Position numbers and translations under genes: made by a program
Notes under the pieces: generated by a model
Told to the model about the DNA's origin: nothing
The model's input: only the letters and a program-made list of their open reading frames with translations
Database searches by the model: none
In this document: positions 63,208 through 64,000 of the stretch, one piece after another
Layout of the letters: each line of letters starts with the position of its first letter
Numbering within the stretch: the stretch's first letter is position 1
Assembly (NCBI GenBank): GCA_002633005.1
Contig: NMRA01000287.1
Location: 329,808 to 393,807, forward strand
Reading direction: 5' to 3'
Source of the DNA: Phoronis australis
Taxonomy: Eukaryota > Animalia > Phoronida
Length of the DNA: 64,000 nucleotides

Positions 63208-63211
63208 GATG

Positions 63212-63760
63212 TATATTTCGAAAATGCTGTTAAACTCGACTTGGAATTCTTCGTTGTTAACTATACCTGAATGTATCCCGCTGCTGCTCGAGATTGTTTG
63301 TCGGCTATTACGTTCATCATATCAGGAGATGCTCTGCAGAAAATATTATTCTGCGGTGCAGACAACACTAACGAAGTTTTTGAATCACTTGAAAGAGTGA
63401 ATTGTAACGACAACCGTCAATGTTGTTGATTTGGGTTACAGTGGCAATATACATTAGTCTACGCTCATGTGATCGTGGATGTTGTGTTTGCCTTTCGTGG
63501 ACATCGAATCTGACTTCTTTGAGTTCAAGAGCTTTGATGTTTCCCATACTTTCCCGAGGAGCATGGGGGGCGTTGTGTTTGCATGGTGTTGAATACAGCT
63601 CCCCACCAGAGTTTTGAGCGCCTGTTGTAATCACTACATTGGTCGCCGCAATTACTGAAAGCTATCTTGTTCCACTGATGTAGTTTGTGTGGCCACCACC
63701 AGAGTTCTATCTTGGCCTCCACGGAGAGTTCAAAACTGCTGTTATACATACATACATCTG
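63212..63760 (-). pseudogene. DIRS-type tyrosine-recombinase retrotransposon RT-connection/RNase H relic
   Basis: Across frames: ELSVEAKIELWWWPHKLHQWN, VVITTGAQNSG / WGAVF, NIKALELKEV, ATVTQINNIDG, SAEHL / MNVIADKQSR. These follow the DIRS1 RNase H motif order (TDAS.GWGA, HIN.LEL, HLPG..N..AD..SR). Confidence 0.75.
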
Positions 63761-64000
63761 TACGTGTCGATAGTGGAATGATGCTGGTGAGAATTGACGC
63801 TGTCCGTCGATTTAAAATACATGAAAATAATTAAATTTTATTCATATAGGGAAATTGTTAGAGGGACGGTACTCTGGAACCTCAAAATTTCAAGCTGTGT
63901 TTGAATTGAACATAGCAGCATGATTTGCTATGTTCCGTTTCTTTGCATTTGCACTTCTACAGAAATGGAAACAAGTTTCAAATTATTGGGGGGTAGTAAC

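Noticed and set aside
63850-63861. Candidate next discoidin exon (ttcatatag|GGA AAT TGT) supplying the G of TQG
   Set aside because: A TAG stop follows after three codons and no downstream discoidin motifs are seen. The real exon is probably beyond the window.

Overview
Eukaryotic (metazoan, AT-rich, marine-invertebrate-like) genomic DNA with three assembly gaps. It is dominated by decayed transposable elements, and most ORF-track ORFs are spurious. One host gene can be reconstructed on the + strand from phase-compatible GT-AG exons: signal peptide plus PAN/Apple domain (25571-25921), a 6-Cys module (38056-38158) and the first half of an F5/8 type C (discoidin) domain (60372-60580). It probably continues beyond the window. 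An upstream paralogous copy of exon 2 (17042-17144) ends in TAA and lies in an older tandem duplication. Recognisable TEs are a Helentron-type HINE, an Academ element with a nested solo LTR, a Tx1/L1 LINE, Gypsy-like LTRs, two Kolobok derivatives (THAP; one also KolX), a pogo-like relic, an ISL2EU-like element, a Harbinger-like MITE, a Sola2 relic and a DIRS RNase H relic. The most unusual item is a ~870-bp non-coding element found three times. It carries a tRNA-like Pol III cassette, a ~165-bp terminal hairpin, and an internal sequence that is the reverse complement of its joined termini. Two copies form a head-to-head dimer beside the DIRS relic. All family assignments come from motif recognition by eye, not database searches.
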